Part shown: one piece after another, positions 37,412-47,078 of the stretch | Layout of the letters: every line of letters begins with the position of its first letter | How positions within the stretch are numbered: position 1 is the first letter of the stretch | Source of the DNA: an uncultured Alphaproteobacteria bacterium | GTDB lineage: Bacteria > Pseudomonadota > Alphaproteobacteria > Bin95 | Direction of reading: 5' to 3' | Assembly: GCA_938084065.1 (NCBI GenBank) | Contig: CALKDI010000019.1 | Location: 1 to 49,578, forward strand | DNA length: 49,578 nt | Position numbers and translations under genes: made by a program | The notes under the pieces: model-generated | Seen by the model: only the letters and a program-made list of their open reading frames with translations | The model's database searches: none | Told to the model about the DNA's origin: nothing

Positions 37412-38306
37412 ATGTTATCGAAAAATCCGGTGCCGGGTACGGAACCGGAGGCTGCGGACGCAGGTGATGTGCCGCCGCCAGCGAAGCAAGACCTCCAGGT
37501 GTCTTCAACCGTCGTGAAGGCGGAAGTCGTCGCCGATCTGCTCGAGCGGGCCGATTTGTTGCGCGCCCAGTTGCGCCGTGAATGTCTGGCTATGAGCGCC
37601 TATGCCTTATCGACGGGGAAAACGATCCCACCGGAAGCGGCGGAGGGTTTATCCTTGTTGGAGGTCAAATTCGGCAATGACCCTCTGACCAAATTGGTTG
37701 AGCTGCATGGTCAACTGACAGTGGCGGTGGCGCCGGCACTGCCAGGTTCTATCGCCGATCTCTATCGGCACGCGGCCCGAGCCAAGTTTGGGCAAAGGCT
37801 GGCACCCGTACCCATCGCCCGGTCCATGGCGCTGGTGGGCCTAATTTTTGTCGTTATTTTCTTCGGTATCGGCCTGTTTTCGGAGATCAATAATCAAAAT
37901 CTTAACGATGACATGCTCAAGAGTTCGGGCTGGAAATTGTTATTGGTTCAATTGTTTCTGCTGTCGGCTGTCGGCTGCCGGTGCTGGAGCGTGTTTTGCG
38001 AACCTGTTCGATATTCTGAAATCGGTCGGAAACATGACCTTTATGCCGACCTTTGCCAGTGAATATTGGGTAAAGTTGGCACTGGGCATTATTGCTGGTC
38101 TGTTGTTGGCCGAATTGATCCCGGTATCACAGGTGCCGATAGACCTGGCGAACGGCGCGTCAGAAACCACAACACAGAGCACGATGCAAAAGCCATTGAT
38201 TGCACTGGTAGGCGGTTTTTCGGCGAGCATTCTCTACACGATCTTGAATCGCTTGACCGAAACGCTGGAGAACCTGTTCGGCTCCAAGACGCCAGGGAAA
38301 CCCTAA
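37412..38306 (+). pseudogene. Hypothetical four-TM membrane protein split by a frameshift at a 7-bp tandem duplication
   Basis: ORFs 37412..38062 and 37848..38306 join into one ORF of about 295 aa if one copy of CTGTCGG (37961-37974) is removed (…LFLLSAAGAGACFANLFD…). The TM-encoding part is clearly AT-richer than the surroundings. Confidence 0.6.
37961..37974 (+). repeat. 7-bp perfect tandem duplication CTGTCGG x2
   Basis: ctgtcgg|ctgtcgg followed by ctgccgg. Read directly from the sequence. Confidence 0.9.
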
Positions 38307-38343
38307 TCGCCGGCGGCGGCGGGACGATTATACCAAGGGACGA

Positions 38344-39129
38344 TCACCCCAGGATCGAGTTGTTGTTGACCATGCCGCCATCGATGGTGACGACCGTGCC
38401 GGAGATATAGCTGGCGCGGTCGGAGGCCAGGAACACGATCAGGTCGGCGACTTCCTCCGGCTTGGCGAAGCGGTTCATTGGCCAATTGGCGTAGTATTCC
38501 CGCGACCGTGCTTCGTCGCCGAACTCGGCCTTTGCTCTCTGGCGCATGACAGTCTGGGCACGGTCGGTTTCCACCGGTCCGGGATTGACGCCGACCACTC
38601 GCACGCCGTCGTAGATGGACCGGCTGCCAATCGCCCGCGTGAAGGCCATCATCGAGGCATTGCCCGCGGCACCGGCGATATAGTCATAGTCCAGCTTTTC
38701 ACCGCCCGTGCCGATGTCGTTGACGATCACGCCGCTGCCGCGCGCTTTCATCTTTGCCAGAAATGCGCGGGTCATGTTGATATAGCCGAAGACCTTCAGA
38801 TCCCAGGCAGCTCGCCAGCGGGCCTCGTCGATCTCGTCGATCGGCCCGCCAGGAATGGCACCAGCGTTGTTCACCAGGATATCGACGTCGCCTGCAATTT
38901 CCACGAGCCGGTTTACGTTCGCGCTATCGCTCAGGTCCAGCGCGGAGGCGGTGACCTTAACTTGATACCGGCCCGCGATATCGGCCCGCGCCCGTTCCAA
39001 ATCCTCTGCCGTTCGCGCCACCAGGTGCACGTCACAGCCTTCCGCCGCAAAGGCGTGGGCACAGGCGAGGCCGATGCCCTTTGAACTGCCCGTAATCAAA
39101 ACTGAGCGGCCAGCGATTCCCAGGTCCAT
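38344..39129 (-). CDS. SDR-family oxidoreductase
   Basis: VLITGSSKGIGLA cofactor motif. ATG at 39129 is preceded by GGAAGGA. 261 aa. Confidence 0.85.
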   Translation of the reverse strand: MDLGIAGRSVLITGSSKGIGLACAHAFAAEGCDVHLVARTAEDLERARADIAGRYQVKVTASALDLSDSANVNRLVEIAGDVDILVNNAGAIPGGPIDEIDEARWRAAWDLKVFGYINMTRAFLAKMKARGSGVIVNDIGTGGEKLDYDYIAGAAGNASMMAFTRAIGSRSIYDGVRVVGVNPGPVETDRAQTVMRQRAKAEFGDEARSREYYANWPMNRFAKPEEVADLIVFLASDRASYISGTVVTIDGGMVNNNSILG

Positions 39130-39349
39130 GGTCCGTATCCTTCCAGAAAGTGAACGCGAACGCGCCGGCAAGTGTCGCCAGCCTTCGGCTTCGAAGCATA
39201 TCGGGCGTCTTTCCGATTGGCGAGCCATCTCACCAGTTTGTGCCTCCCCCGTAAACTGTTTCCCACCATAGACAGTCGCATGCCCTGGCCCGATGATAGG
39301 CCTATGCCGCACATCCCGCGGCCCGACCTCCAGGGAAGGAAAATCAACG

Positions 39350-39748
39350 ATGGCCAATTCAGACTGGTACGACAAAGGCGTTGCCATGCGTCGCTCGCTC
39401 TATGGCGAAGCCGCGATGCAGCGTTCCAACGCCGCCAATTACGACGACCCGATTATGGGCAAGTTCATCCATTACGCGCAGGAGGCGGTATTCGGCGGCC
39501 TATGGGCGCGGCCAGGGCTGGACCTGAAGACCCGCACCCTCATCTGCATCATCTCCGACACCACCATGGGCCGGGAGGATGAACTCGCTATTCATCTGCG
39601 CTTTGCCCTGGGCCAAGGCTGGACAGAGGATGAGTTGACAGAGGCTATGCTGCAGCTCGCCGGCTATATCGGCCTGCCGTTAGTGCGTGGAGCCATGCTA
39701 AAAGCGCGTGAAGTATTCGCGGAAATTAAGGCGGAAGCCGAAGCCTGA
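39350..39748 (+). CDS. Carboxymuconolactone decarboxylase (CMD/AhpD-like) family protein
   Basis: GLWARPGLDLKTRTLICIISDTTMGREDELAIHLRFAL matches PcaC-like CMD proteins. ATG at 39350 is preceded by GGGAAGGA. Confidence 0.8.
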   Translation: MANSDWYDKGVAMRRSLYGEAAMQRSNAANYDDPIMGKFIHYAQEAVFGGLWARPGLDLKTRTLICIISDTTMGREDELAIHLRFALGQGWTEDELTEAMLQLAGYIGLPLVRGAMLKAREVFAEIKAEAEA

Positions 39749-39780
39749 TCGGTCGCAACAGCTCTGCGGTGCGGCGGTTG

Positions 39781-40449
39781 CTACTCGGCGGCTGCCGCGA
39801 CGGCCTCTTCCTCCTGCGGCAGCGTGATGGCGACCACGACCTGATCTTGCGCCAGCGACCAGTCAACTGTGGCGCCAGCGTCGCCGATCTGCAGGTAGGC
39901 TAAGTGCGCCAGGATCACTCGGCTATCCAATTCACCCGGCGGGATCTTGCCTTGCACCGTATTCGCAACCCGCGGGTTCATGGTCGCGTTCGGGCCGTCG
40001 CCCGTCATTGAAACGGCAATTGCCGCACCTGCGCGTTTGACCCTTACCACCAATGCGCCGCCCCGCGGCATGGCCTCCGCCACCAGCAGTAGCAGGTTCA
40101 ACACCAGCTTGCCGCCGCGGCCCTGAAGCGCATCGATATCGTCGGCGACCTGCCAGTCGAGCGTGACCCGGCTATCGGTCAGCATGCCTTTTGCCAGCTT
40201 GCCCAGCTCTGTCGTGCCCCAACCACCGCGGCCGCCAGCATAGCCAAAGGCGACTCGAAAGAATTCCAGCCGGCGCCATGCGGTGCGGGCGCTGGCATCT
40301 GTCATGTCGATGATGTCGTCGGTCTGAGTCGTGCTCAGCTCCCGCAACAGCTCAATACCATTGGTTGCTGCGCCCACTGGCCCGACCACGTCATGGCACA
40401 GGCGTGAGCACACCAGTTCGAGGATCGATAAGTCCACCTGGATTGGCAT
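39781..40449 (-). CDS. chpT: Histidine phosphotransferase ChpT (CckA-ChpT-CtrA phosphorelay)
   Basis: LELVCSRLCHDVVGPVGAATNGIELL is the ChpT (DUF2328) phospho-His helix. 222 aa with a pseudo-HK fold length. Confidence 0.8.
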   Translation of the reverse strand: MPIQVDLSILELVCSRLCHDVVGPVGAATNGIELLRELSTTQTDDIIDMTDASARTAWRRLEFFRVAFGYAGGRGGWGTTELGKLAKGMLTDSRVTLDWQVADDIDALQGRGGKLVLNLLLLVAEAMPRGGALVVRVKRAGAAIAVSMTGDGPNATMNPRVANTVQGKIPPGELDSRVILAHLAYLQIGDAGATVDWSLAQDQVVVAITLPQEEEAVAAAAE

Positions 40450-40536
40450 AAGGTTACCTCTTCATCCGCCCCCGATGCTGGATTGCGCAATCGCACCCAA
40501 TATGGCGAAATCAATTCCTAATATGCAATCAGAGGT

Positions 40537-40551
40537 TTAAATCTGCGTTAA
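40537..40551 (-). promoter_or_regulatory. Full CtrA-type box TTAA-N7-TTAAC upstream of chpT, overlapping the mobA stop codon
   Basis: TTAAatctgcgTTAAC, with its near edge 88 nt upstream of the chpT ATG (40449). Confidence 0.5.
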
Positions 40552-41130
40552 CGTCCGTTCGAGTTGTGCCAGATCGTCTGGGGTGTTGATATTGTGGAAA
40601 GCGTCGGCCTGCGCAAAGCTCACGGTGGTGTATCCAACGGCCTGAACGGCCTCCTCCATGCGCCGTAGCCCGGCGTTGACTGGCTCTGCCAGGGCCAGTG
40701 CTGCTGCCAATGGCCAGCGGGCGACGGCCCATTGTCGGCGGCCATCGGCCTCTGCCACGACTATGTCGGCGGTTTGCGGCTGCGCTAGCCGCTCCACGAG
40801 ATCGGGCGGGGGGCGTGGCACGTCAACCGGAATTGTCACCAGCGCACGCAGGGTCGGCCAGCGGGTGGCGCAATAGGCCGCAGCCGCCGCGATCCCGGCC
40901 AGCGGCCCGGCGTCGGGCACGGGGTCTGCCACAACCGGTAGCCCGAACGCGGCGAACCGGGCGGGGGCTCCGTTCGCGCTGAGTACGATAAACTGGGCCT
41001 GTGGTCGAAGACGCGCCAGACTGTGCGCAAGGAGGGGCTGGCCGGCCGCCATCACCAACGCTTTATCCACATTACCCAGCCGTCGGCCTTCGCCGCCCGC
41101 CAGGATCACCACTGCACAAGTCTCTTGCAC
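40537..41130 (-). CDS. mobA: Molybdenum cofactor guanylyltransferase
   Basis: [18 protein letters not shown] matches the MobA LAGGxxxRMG-type motif. GTG at 41130 is preceded by GGAG and gives a typical 198 aa. The 281-aa ORF would overlap the moaA leader. Confidence 0.8.
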   Translation of the reverse strand: MQETCAVVILAGGEGRRLGNVDKALVMAAGQPLLAHSLARLRPQAQFIVLSANGAPARFAAFGLPVVADPVPDAGPLAGIAAAAAYCATRWPTLRALVTIPVDVPRPPPDLVERLAQPQTADIVVAEADGRRQWAVARWPLAAALALAEPVNAGLRRMEEAVQAVGYTTVSFAQADAFHNINTPDDLAQLERTLTQI

Positions 41131-41287
41131 GCTTAGTCTCCGCCAACCATCTGGTGTTGAGGGCCTTTCCTCGCTATGGTGCCGATCTGGTAACCGCCGA
41201 GAATTGGTCGGTGATTGTTGGGCTGTCATCGACGAGGCAGCCTTTAGCACCGTTAGCATCGAAACCGTAAGATTGGGCGCATGCATC

Positions 41288-42322
41288 ATGGCCGCGACCA
41301 CGACACTGTCTAACACACCCGCCACCGACCCGGTGATTGATCCGTTCGGTCGCTCTATCACGTATTTGCGCGTGTCGGTCACGGACCGATGCGATTTCCG
41401 CTGCGTCTATTGCATGGCGGAGGATATGACCTTCCTGCCGAAGAAGGACATCCTCACCCTGGATGAGCTGGATCGGGTCTGCAGCGCCTTCGTCCGCATG
41501 GGCGTGCGCAAACTGCGCCTGACCGGTGGTGAACCGCTGGTGCGCCGCGGCATCATGAACCTGATCAATGGTCTGGGCCGGCATCTGGAGTCTGGCCTGC
41601 TGGATGAGTTGACGCTGACCACCAATGGCAGCCAGCTGGAGCGCTTTGCCGACCAGCTTTATGCGGCTGGCATGCGCCGGATCAATGTGTCGTTGGATAC
41701 ACTGGATCCCGACCTGTTCAAAAAGCTGACCCGCTGGGGCCGGCTCGATCAGGTGTTGCGCGGCATTCAGGCGGCTAAAGATGCGGGCCTGAAGATCAAG
41801 ATTAACGCCGTTGCGCTGAAGGGCGTGAACGATGGCGAACTCGATCGCTTGATTGCCTGGTGCGGCGATGAGGGCTTCGACCTGACCCTGATCGAAGTCA
41901 TGCCCATGGGCGACATTGGCGAGCAGCGGGTCGATCAGTACTGGCCGCTGTCCATGGTTCGCGCTGACCTAGCCCAGCGCTGGACGCTGGAGGAAAGCGA
42001 CCACAAGACTGGCGGGCCTGCGCGCTATTTTGATGTGAAGGAAACAGGCGGTCGCCTGGGCTTCATCACGCCGATGACCCACAATTTCTGCGAAAGCTGC
42101 AACCGTGTCCGCCTGACCTGCACCGGCATGCTGTATCTGTGCCTTGGCCAGAACGATAGCGCTGACCTGAAGGAAGTTGTGCGGGCAGCGGAAAGCGATG
42201 GCCCGCTTGAGGATGCTATTCGCGCCGCCATCGCGCTAAAGCCAAAGGGCCATGACTTCATCATCGACCGCCGCCGTCGCCCGGCGGCAGTGCCACGGCA
42301 TATGTCGACGACTGGCGGCTGA
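41288..42322 (+). CDS. moaA: GTP 3',8-cyclase (radical SAM)
   Basis: [14 protein letters not shown] radical-SAM CxxxCxxC and a C-terminal [13 protein letters not shown] second cluster. ATG at 41288. Confidence 0.93.
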   Translation: MAATTTLSNTPATDPVIDPFGRSITYLRVSVTDRCDFRCVYCMAEDMTFLPKKDILTLDELDRVCSAFVRMGVRKLRLTGGEPLVRRGIMNLINGLGRHLESGLLDELTLTTNGSQLERFADQLYAAGMRRINVSLDTLDPDLFKKLTRWGRLDQVLRGIQAAKDAGLKIKINAVALKGVNDGELDRLIAWCGDEGFDLTLIEVMPMGDIGEQRVDQYWPLSMVRADLAQRWTLEESDHKTGGPARYFDVKETGGRLGFITPMTHNFCESCNRVRLTCTGMLYLCLGQNDSADLKEVVRAAESDGPLEDAIRAAIALKPKGHDFIIDRRRRPAAVPRHMSTTGG

Positions 42323-42330
42323 GAGAGGCG

Positions 42331-43110
42331 ATGAATGCGCCGGTGAGTTTGCCAACGATTGCGTTCGTTGCGTCGTCAGCTGATGCGGCGCAGCACGCTT
42401 TGGCGGAGTTACAGCGCCAATACGTGTCTGTATCGCCCGAACATGCAGAGGTGATCGTTGCCCTCGGCGGTGACGGCTTCATGCTGGAGACGTTGCATCG
42501 CTTCATTGGCCGTGGCGTGCCGATTTTCGGCATGCACCGTGGCACCGTCGGCTTTTTGATGAACCATTTTGAGCCTGCTGGCTTGGTGGAGCGCATCGCC
42601 AAGGCCGTCAGTGTCGAGCTGACGCCGTTGATCATGCGGGTCGAAACCATGGAAGGCCGGCATTTCGAGGCGCGGGCGATCAATGAGGTCTCGCTGTTGC
42701 GTGAGACCCGGCAGACGGCGCATTTGCGCATCACCATCGACGACGTTGTGCGGATCGAAGAGTTGATGTGCGACGGCATCATCGTTGCTACGCCTGCCGG
42801 CTCAACCGCCTACAACCTCTCCGCCCATGGTCCGGTCGTGCCGCTATCGGCAGAGGTATTGTGCCTGACACCGATCAGCGCCTTCCGGCCACGTCGCTGG
42901 CGCGGCGCCATCCTGCCCCGCAATGCGGTGGTGCGATTTGAGGTGCAAGACCCGATCAAACGCCCGGTCAGCGCCGTTGCCGACTTCACCGAGGTGCGCG
43001 ACGTTCGTTGGGTCGAGGTTGAAGAAGACACCGGCGTGGCTTTCACGCTGTTGTTCGATCCGGACCACGATCTGGAGGAGCGGGTGCTCAAGGAGCAGTT
43101 CGTGTCGTGA
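42331..43110 (+). CDS. nadK: NAD kinase
   Basis: [14 protein letters not shown] (GGDG motif) and [16 protein letters not shown]. 259 aa. Confidence 0.9.
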   Translation: MNAPVSLPTIAFVASSADAAQHALAELQRQYVSVSPEHAEVIVALGGDGFMLETLHRFIGRGVPIFGMHRGTVGFLMNHFEPAGLVERIAKAVSVELTPLIMRVETMEGRHFEARAINEVSLLRETRQTAHLRITIDDVVRIEELMCDGIIVATPAGSTAYNLSAHGPVVPLSAEVLCLTPISAFRPRRWRGAILPRNAVVRFEVQDPIKRPVSAVADFTEVRDVRWVEVEEDTGVAFTLLFDPDHDLEERVLKEQFVS

Positions 43111-44198
43111 CTGCCGCCGCCGGTCAGCCCGGTTCTTCCCCGTTCTCGCGCACCAAAATCCTGCTGATGGCACAAACGCTGGCGATAGGCGCCTGCGGTG
43201 GCGCTGTGTTTGCCTATTTGGGCACGCCGCTGCCGTGGATGTTGGGCGCGCTGTTTACCACCATGATCGCGTCGATGAGCGGCCTGACCCTGTTCATCCC
43301 GCAGATGTTCCGGCGGCTGTGGATCATCGTGCTTGGCGTGACGCTTGGGTCGTCCTTTACGCCAGACGTGCTGGACCATATCCACCTGTGGATCACCAGC
43401 TTTATCGGAATGTGTGCCTTCGTGATCTTTGGCACCTGGGTCAGCTATCAGATATTTATCCGTTTGGGGAAGATCGACCGGATCACAGCGTTATTTTGTG
43501 CTGCTCCCGGCGGTCTCGGTGAAATGATCATTTTGGGGCCTGCCTTAGGCGGCAATGAGCGCACGATTGTGCTGATCCATGCGACGCGTGTGGTGATGGT
43601 GATGGCGATCATCCCGCCGGCCTACAGCATCATTGCCGGCTATGTGCCGCCGGCTGACCTTGGCGGCAGTGGCTATTTCTGGGAATTGCCGGTGCGCGAT
43701 CTGGCGGTGTTGGCGATTACCGGCGTGATCGGCGCTGTGGTGGCCAAGAAATTGCGGCTGCCGGCCTGGCAGATGATCGGGCCGATGATAGCCAGCGCTA
43801 TCGTGCACATGGGTGGCATTTCCGATTCCCGGCCCCCCAGCGACTTCATCGCCATTGCCCAATTGGTGATGGGGTCAGGTGCCGGCGCGCGGTTCAGCGG
43901 CGTTCGCGTGCATGAGTTGGCGCGCCCGATGCTGGTATCGGGCATGGCCACGATCTGCCTGCTGATCCTGGCAGCCAGCGCTGCTGTTGGCCTCGCAGCC
44001 GCGACCGGTCTGGATTTCCGTGCCATCCACCTTGCCTACTCGCCCGGCGGTTTTGCTGAAATGAGCCTGATCGCGCTCTCGCTGGGCATTGAGGTGCCGT
44101 TCGTATCGTTGCACCACCTTGGCCGTATGATCATCGTCGTCACCGGAGCCACTCTGGTGTCGCGCTGGGCGACGAAGCATTGGCTGCTGCCCAAGTAG
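43107..44198 (+). CDS. AbrB-family duplicated membrane protein (putative transporter)
   Basis: 363 aa, about 10 TM helices with an internal two-fold repeat. GTGA overlap with the nadK stop. The start could instead be ATG 43167. Confidence 0.6.
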   Translation: MTAAAGQPGSSPFSRTKILLMAQTLAIGACGGAVFAYLGTPLPWMLGALFTTMIASMSGLTLFIPQMFRRLWIIVLGVTLGSSFTPDVLDHIHLWITSFIGMCAFVIFGTWVSYQIFIRLGKIDRITALFCAAPGGLGEMIILGPALGGNERTIVLIHATRVVMVMAIIPPAYSIIAGYVPPADLGGSGYFWELPVRDLAVLAITGVIGAVVAKKLRLPAWQMIGPMIASAIVHMGGISDSRPPSDFIAIAQLVMGSGAGARFSGVRVHELARPMLVSGMATICLLILAASAAVGLAAATGLDFRAIHLAYSPGGFAEMSLIALSLGIEVPFVSLHHLGRMIIVVTGATLVSRWATKHWLLPK

Positions 44199-44286
44199 CA
44201 AAAACCGTTGAGGGCCCTCTGGCCTATTCCCGCGGCGCTGCTAAGCTTGGCGCAAATACCGCAAAGACTATCCCAGAGGAACGCCC

Positions 44287-45486
44287 ATGCCCGGCCCATT
44301 TCAAGGCCTGAAAGTCGTCGACCTGACCACTGTCGTGGTCGGTCCCTACACCACCCAATTGCTCGCCGATATGGGCGCTGACGTGACCAAGGTCGAGGCG
44401 CCGGAAGGCGACATGACCCGCATGGGTACGCCGCACCGCAACGCCGGCATGGGCAATATGTTTCTGCAGCTGAACCGCAACAAGCGCGCTATCTCACTGG
44501 ACCTCAAGTCTGAGGCCGGGGCGGAGGCTATGCGCAAGCTGATCCAAGGTGCCGATATTTTCATCCACAACATGCGCCCAGAGCCCCTGGCTCGCCTGGG
44601 TTTCGACTATGCCAGCGTGCGCGATCTGAACCCCAGCCTGGTCTATTGCAACATCTGGGGCTTTGGCCGTGAGGGCCGCTATGCCGGCCGCGCCGCGTTT
44701 GACGACGTGATTCAAGGCACCAGCGGCCTGGTGGCGCTTGAGGCGCACAACGGTCGCGAGGCGCGCTTTGTGCCTATGCTGATCGCCGATAAGACCACAG
44801 CCCTGTTCGCTGCCTACGCCATCTCCGCTGCCGCCTATCACAAGCTCGCGACGGGGGAGGGGCAGGAGGTCGAGGTGCCGATGTTCGAAAGCATGACCAG
44901 CTTCACCATGATCGAGCATCTGGCCGGTAATACCTTCGATCCGTCGCTTGGCCCCTCAGGCTCAGAACGACACGCAACACCGCTGCGCTGGCCGTTTCAG
45001 ACCAAGGATGGCCATGTCTGCATTCTGCCATCCAGCGACAAGCATTGGGCCGCGGTGCTAAAAATCATTGGCCGAGAGGACTTGCTGTCCGACCCGCGCT
45101 TCAAAGACCGCGCCGCTCGCCTCGCGCATCGTGGGGAGTTGACGCAAATGCTCTCTGACCTCGCCGCCACAAAGACCACAAAAGAGTGGGTGGATGCGTT
45201 GGCGGAGGCCGGCGTGCCCGGCATGCACATCAACTCGCTGGAGGAGGTCGTCAGCGATCCGCACCTGGCCGACGTTGGCTTCTGGGTCGAGACCGACCAC
45301 CCGACTGAGGGCCGCATCCGCATCATGCGTCCGCCCTACACCCTTTCGAAAACGCCGCCGGACATTCGCACTCACGCGCCGAGCTTCGGCCAACACACGG
45401 CGGAGGTGCTGACCGAACTCGGCTATTCCGAAGCCCAAATCGCTGCGATGCTGGAGGCTGGTGCGGCGATGGGAGTGAAGTCTTAG
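44287..45486 (+). CDS. Family III CoA-transferase (CaiB/BaiF family)
   Basis: FQGLKVVDLTTVVVGPYTTQLLADMGADVTKVEAPEGD. 399 aa. Confidence 0.85.
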   Translation: MPGPFQGLKVVDLTTVVVGPYTTQLLADMGADVTKVEAPEGDMTRMGTPHRNAGMGNMFLQLNRNKRAISLDLKSEAGAEAMRKLIQGADIFIHNMRPEPLARLGFDYASVRDLNPSLVYCNIWGFGREGRYAGRAAFDDVIQGTSGLVALEAHNGREARFVPMLIADKTTALFAAYAISAAAYHKLATGEGQEVEVPMFESMTSFTMIEHLAGNTFDPSLGPSGSERHATPLRWPFQTKDGHVCILPSSDKHWAAVLKIIGREDLLSDPRFKDRAARLAHRGELTQMLSDLAATKTTKEWVDALAEAGVPGMHINSLEEVVSDPHLADVGFWVETDHPTEGRIRIMRPPYTLSKTPPDIRTHAPSFGQHTAEVLTELGYSEAQIAAMLEAGAAMGVKS

Positions 45487-45526
45487 CGTTTGCTGGTGAG
45501 ATAAAGGCGCCTTGTCCCGCCCACCA

Positions 45527-45599
45527 TCTTCACCCTGAGCCTGTCGAAGTGGGACGGTGACGCGATGGAAGGGACCCTTCGACAGGCTCAGGGTGAAGA
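45527..45599. repeat. REP-like palindromic intergenic element / bidirectional terminator
   Basis: Perfect 23-bp arms TCTTCACCCTGAGCCTGTCGAAG (45527-45549) and CTTCGACAGGCTCAGGGTGAAGA (45577-45599) with a 27-nt loop, between convergent genes. Confidence 0.7.
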
Positions 45600-45622
45600 G
45601 ACGGGATTGGGCAGGGTTCTCC

Positions 45623-46978
45623 CTAGTCCGCCTCTTTCGTCCGCATGGTGACGAATTCTTCCGCTGCGGTCGGGTGGATGCCGATCGTGGCGTCGAACTG
45701 CGCCTTGGTCGCGCCGCACGTCAGCGCGATGCCGAGGCCCTGAGCGATCTCCGCAGAGTCGTCGCCTAGCATGTGACAGCCAATGACCTTATCCGTCGCG
45801 GGATCGACGATCATCTTCATAAAGCTGAAATGGTCACGTTTGGTCAGCGTGTGCTTTAGTGGGCGGAAGCGGCTTTTGTAGATATCAACCTTGCCGTACT
45901 TCGCACGCGCCTGCTCTTCCGTCAGGCCGACCGTGCCGATGGGCGGGCTGGAGAACACTGCTGTGGCGATGTTGTCATAGGTCGGCGCTGTCGGCTCGCC
46001 CTTAAAGATCGTGCGCAGCAAACACATGGCCTCGTACAGGGCGACCGGTGTCAGGTTCATGCGGTCGGTGACGTCGCCAATGGCCCAAATGCTGGGAATA
46101 TTGGTCTGCGAGTACGCATCGACCAACACCTCGCCGCCCTTGCCGAGCGCGACACCAACATCCTCCAAACCCATATTGCGGGAGTTCGGGAAGCGGCCCG
46201 TGGCATACATAAAGGCGTCGGCCTCCATGGTAGAGCCGTCATCCATGGTCGCGACCAGGCCGCTGGCGGTCTTCTCAATCGCCGTGATGGTCCGGCCATA
46301 GGCCATTGTCGTGCCTTCGCGTTCCAGCGCTTCGCCCAGTTCCTTGGCCACGTCGTCGTCAAAGCCACGCAGCAGCTTGGAGCGCACGACCATGGTCAGA
46401 TCACTGCCGAGCCCGGCAAAGACACCTGCGAACTCCACCGCGATATAGCCACCGCCGACAATGACGATCCGCTGTGGCCGCTCGGCCAGGTCGAGCGCTT
46501 CGTTTGAGGTGATGGCGTACTCTTTGCCGGGGATGTCCGGCACAAATGGCCAGCCGCCGGTGGCGATCAGGATATGCTCGGCGGTGACGGTTTGGTCGCC
46601 GATCTGCACCGTATTTGGCCCGGTGATGACGCCGCGACCATCATAGGTTTTGACGCCCGGGCCGTTCAGCAGGTTGATGTAGATGCCATTCAACCGGTCG
46701 GTTTCGACATTTTTGGCGGCAATCAGCTTGCCCCAATCATGCTCCGGGCTGACCTTGTCCCAGCCATAGGCGACAGCGTCGTGATAGTCGTGGGCATAGT
46801 GGGCTGCGTAGACCAGCAGCTTTTTCGGGATACAGCCGCGCAGCACGCAGGTGCCGCCGATCCTCAGATCCTCGCAAATACCGACCCGCTTGCCATCCTG
46901 CGCCGCAAACCGCGCCGCCCGCACTCCGCCAGAGCCGGCGCCAATCACAAACAGATCATAATCATAGGAAGCGGTCAT
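45623..46978 (-). CDS. gor: Glutathione-disulfide reductase
   Basis: DLFVIGAGSGG, redox-active GGTCVLRGCIPKK and C-terminal HPTAAEEFVTM. ATG at 46978. Confidence 0.88.
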   Translation of the reverse strand: MTASYDYDLFVIGAGSGGVRAARFAAQDGKRVGICEDLRIGGTCVLRGCIPKKLLVYAAHYAHDYHDAVAYGWDKVSPEHDWGKLIAAKNVETDRLNGIYINLLNGPGVKTYDGRGVITGPNTVQIGDQTVTAEHILIATGGWPFVPDIPGKEYAITSNEALDLAERPQRIVIVGGGYIAVEFAGVFAGLGSDLTMVVRSKLLRGFDDDVAKELGEALEREGTTMAYGRTITAIEKTASGLVATMDDGSTMEADAFMYATGRFPNSRNMGLEDVGVALGKGGEVLVDAYSQTNIPSIWAIGDVTDRMNLTPVALYEAMCLLRTIFKGEPTAPTYDNIATAVFSSPPIGTVGLTEEQARAKYGKVDIYKSRFRPLKHTLTKRDHFSFMKMIVDPATDKVIGCHMLGDDSAEIAQGLGIALTCGATKAQFDATIGIHPTAAEEFVTMRTKEAD

Positions 46979-47078
46979 AGGCGCAGGGACTCCAGTCGGT
47001 TTTGAGCGTGTTCCTCTATCTAGGCCAGTTTGGCCTGATTTCGAAGCCTGTTTCTGAAATACACCGTGTCGTGACGGC

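Noticed and set aside
43107-44198. Ammonia monooxygenase, a label sometimes attached to AbrB-duplication membrane proteins
   Set aside because: Nothing in the sequence or context (downstream of nadK, no amoABC-like genes) supports that function, so only the family-level call is retained.
45557-45769. 70-aa ORF (MTRWKGPFDRLRVKRRDW...) in the CoA-transferase/gor spacer
   Set aside because: It begins inside the loop and right arm of the 23-bp REP-like palindrome and runs antisense into gor. It is an artefact of the repeat sequence.
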